From assembly GCA_046260695.1 (NCBI GenBank), contig JBHEOS010000002.1:13822-77821 (forward strand): DNA of 64,000 nucleotides, written 5' to 3'. This stretch comes from Gammaproteobacteria bacterium (GTDB lineage Bacteria > Pseudomonadota > Gammaproteobacteria > Thiohalobacterales > Thiohalobacteraceae). The stretch's first letter is position 1. Each line of letters begins with the position of its first letter. Of the stretch, positions 61,771 to 64,000 are shown piece after piece. Made by a program: the position numbers and the translations under genes. The notes below the pieces were generated by a model, which saw nothing but the letters and a program-made list of their open reading frames with translations, did not search any database and was not told where the DNA came from.

Positions 61771-61853
61771 CCGCGTCGGCGCGGTACCCGGCACGACGAA
61801 TCGACAACGCAAAACTCGAAATTCGAAATTCGACCTAAAGGAGAGAGAAGGGC

Positions 61854-62981
61854 ATGTCTGCAACAACCAAACTGAGGGTGCGACAGGCGCTGGTGGGTGC
61901 GGGCCTCATGTCGGCTGCAGGGTTTGCCGCCGCCGAATACGGCCTGAATCTGACCCCTGGCGTGACATCGATCGCACAGAGCGCCTACAGCTTGCACATG
62001 CTGATCCTGTGGATCTGCGTGGTGATTGGCGTGGTGGTGTTCGGCGCGATGTTCTACTCCATTATCTACCATCGCAAGAGCAAGGGTGCCGTCGCCGCCC
62101 AATTCCATGAAAGCACGGCCGTCGAGATCGCCTGGACCATCGTGCCCTTCCTGATCCTGATCGGCATGGCGATCCCCGCCACCAAGGCGCTGATCGCGAT
62201 GGAGGACACCAGCAATTCCGACATCAGCATCAAGGTCACGGGCTATCAGTGGAAGTGGCAGTATGAGTATCTTGGCGAAGATGTGAGCTTCTTCAGCACA
62301 CTGTCGACGCCGAAGGAAGAAATCTTCAACAAGGCCGAGAAAAATCCCGCCTATCTGCTCGAAGTGGACAATCCGGTCGTCGTGCCGGTCGGCAAGAAGG
62401 TGCGTCTATTGATCACAGCGAACGACGTACTCCATGCCTGGTGGGTGCCGGAATTGGGCATGAAGAAAGACGCCATCCCCGGTTTCGTCAATGAAATGTG
62501 GTTCAACATCGACCGTCCCGGCACCTACCGTGGCCAGTGCGCCGAGCTGTGTGGCAAGGACCATGGCTTCATGCCCATCGTGGTGGTGGCCAAGGAGCAG
62601 GCCGATTACGAAAATTGGGTGGCCGCGCAGAAGCAGTCCGCCAGCGCGGCAGCGGCCGATTCAGCTCGGGAGTTTTCCCGCGACGAGCTGATGAGCCGGG
62701 GCGAAAAGGTCTATGCCAGCAATTGTGCCGCCTGCCATCATGCCAACGGCGAGGGTATGCCGGGCGCCTTCCCTGCCCTGAAGGGCGGGGTGATCACCAC
62801 CGGGCCGGTGGCTGGGCACATCGACATCGTGCTGCACGGTAAGGGCGGTACGGCCATGGCGGCCTTCGCCGGCCAGCTCAACGACGCCGATCTGGCGGCC
62901 GTGATCACCTACGAGCGCAACGCCTGGGGTAACAGCACCGGTGACATCGTCCAGCCGGCCGACGTCAAGGCTGCCCGCTAA
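61854..62981 (+). CDS. coxB: Cytochrome c oxidase subunit II with fused C-terminal cytochrome c domain
   Basis: Signal/TM segments, a CuA centre (HAWWVPELG, CAELCGKDHGFM) and a C-terminal CAACH haem c motif. GGAGAGAG SD. Confidence 0.95.
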   Translation: MSATTKLRVRQALVGAGLMSAAGFAAAEYGLNLTPGVTSIAQSAYSLHMLILWICVVIGVVVFGAMFYSIIYHRKSKGAVAAQFHESTAVEIAWTIVPFLILIGMAIPATKALIAMEDTSNSDISIKVTGYQWKWQYEYLGEDVSFFSTLSTPKEEIFNKAEKNPAYLLEVDNPVVVPVGKKVRLLITANDVLHAWWVPELGMKKDAIPGFVNEMWFNIDRPGTYRGQCAELCGKDHGFMPIVVVAKEQADYENWVAAQKQSASAAAADSAREFSRDELMSRGEKVYASNCAACHHANGEGMPGAFPALKGGVITTGPVAGHIDIVLHGKGGTAMAAFAGQLNDADLAAVITYERNAWGNSTGDIVQPADVKAAR

Positions 62982-62999
62982 CGGATTCCGAGGAGGAGA

Positions 63000-64000
63000 A
63001 TGCAAATGAGTACCGCAGCTGCACACGATGCGCATGACCACGGGCCGGCCAAGGGCCTGTCCCGCTGGATGTTCACGACCAACCACAAGGACATCGGGAC
63101 GCTGTATCTGCTGTTCTCGCTGCTGATGTTCTTCGTCGGCGGCGCGATGGCGATGATCATCCGCGCCGAACTGTTCCAGCCGGGTCTGCAGTTCGTCGAC
63201 CCGATGTTCTTCAATTCCATGACCACCATGCATGCGCTGATCATGATCTTCGGCGCGGTCATGCCGGCCTTCGTGGGTTTGGCCAACTGGCTCATCCCGA
63301 TGATGGTCGGGGCGCCGGACATGGCGCTGCCGCGCATGAACAACTGGTCGTTCTGGATCCTGCCGTTCGCCTTCACCCTTCTGCTGTCCACGCTGTTCAT
63401 GGATGGCGGCGGGCCGGCCGGCGGTTGGACCCTCTATCCGCCGCTGGTGCTGCAGACCGGCGATGCCTTTCCATTCCTGATCTTCGCCATCCATATGATG
63501 GGTATCTCCTCCATCATGGGCGCGATCAATGTGGTGGTCACCATCCTGAACATGCGTGCGCCGGGCATGACGCTGATGAAGATGCCGCTGTTCGTCTGGA
63601 CCTGGCTGATCACGGCCTACCTGCTGATCGCGGTGATGCCGGTGCTGGCGGGCGCAGTGACCATGCTGCTGACCGACAAGTTCTTTGATACCAGCTTCTT
63701 CGCGGCCGCGGGCGGCGGTGACCCGGTGATGTTCCAGCACATCTTCTGGTTCTTCGGGCATCCCGAGGTGTACATCATGATCCTGCCGGCGTTCGGCATC
63801 GTGTCGCAGATCATCCCGACCTTCGCGCGCAAGCCGCTGTTCGGTTACAGCTCGATGGTGTATGCGACCGCGTCGATCGCCTTCCTGTCGTTCATCGTCT
63901 GGGCGCACCACATGTTCACTGTCGGCATGCCGCTGGCCGGTGAGCTGTTCTTCATGTACGCCACCATGCTGATCGCGGTACCTACTGGCGTGAAGGTGTT
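63000..64000 (+). CDS. ctaD: Cytochrome c oxidase subunit I (3' end beyond window)
   Basis: Not in the ORF track because no stop falls within the window. Hand translation gives [39 protein letters not shown]..., [10 protein letters not shown] and VWAHHMF. AGGAGG is at 62991-96. The second ATG at 63006 is also possible. Confidence 0.93.
   Translation, partial: MQMSTAAAHDAHDHGPAKGLSRWMFTTNHKDIGTLYLLFSLLMFFVGGAMAMIIRAELFQPGLQFVDPMFFNSMTTMHALIMIFGAVMPAFVGLANWLIPMMVGAPDMALPRMNNWSFWILPFAFTLLLSTLFMDGGGPAGGWTLYPPLVLQTGDAFPFLIFAIHMMGISSIMGAINVVVTILNMRAPGMTLMKMPLFVWTWLITAYLLIAVMPVLAGAVTMLLTDKFFDTSFFAAAGGGDPVMFQHIFWFFGHPEVYIMILPAFGIVSQIIPTFARKPLFGYSSMVYATASIAFLSFIVWAHHMFTVGMPLAGELFFMYATMLIAVPTGVKV

Overview
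This is a very GC-rich (by eye about two-thirds G+C, not computed) gammaproteobacterial chromosomal core region. It is densely packed with about 65 protein genes and one tRNA. Content and local gene orders match Pseudomonas/Chromatiales-type housekeeping blocks, in this order: rep; cytochrome c5; two tiny ORFs; tRNA-Arg(CCG); radC / coaBC-dut-algC-argB; pyrE; xthA; DUF4426, a dynamin-like GTPase and yggU-yggT-proC-yggS; pilT-pilU; a PyrK-like flavoprotein; SPOR protein-argS; pilMNOPQ-aroK-aroB-dGTPase-WGR-ExeA/SPOR (minus strand); ponA; malic enzyme; M48 lipoprotein protease, thermonuclease and rpmE; rimO; rph-rdgB-hemW-CPXCG-rof (minus strand); PP2C plus Ser/Thr kinase; yicC; gmk-rpoZ-spoT-ridA-recG; ubiC-ubiA; comF; bioBFHCD; DUF2244-coxB-coxA (runs off the window). 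I saw no CRISPR array, integrase, transposase, prophage or recognisable defence island, and I do not see a convincing novel multi-gene system. Six things are most worth a second look. (1) A 147-bp palindromic MITE-like element lies in the bioB leader, downstream of a bioO-like BirA operator that overlaps the comF start. (2) A small WGR-domain gene is translationally coupled to an ExeA-like AAA+/TM/SPOR gene at the end of the pilMNOPQ-aroKB cluster, with a dGTPase-like gene wedged in. (3) There is an orphan bacterial dynamin-like GTPase. (4) Two tiny ORFs share a flagellar-rod/YjfB-like C-terminal tail next to tRNA-Arg. (5) The AlgC gene carries a ~390-aa two-TM N-terminal extension. (6) A sharply AT-rich island lies upstream of rimO. 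Most long ORFs in the supplied track are alternative-frame or antisense shadows typical of high-GC DNA and were rejected. Start codons were refined by hand using in-frame ATG/GTG, Shine-Dalgarno motifs and 4-nt stop/start overlaps, and they carry a few codons of uncertainty.
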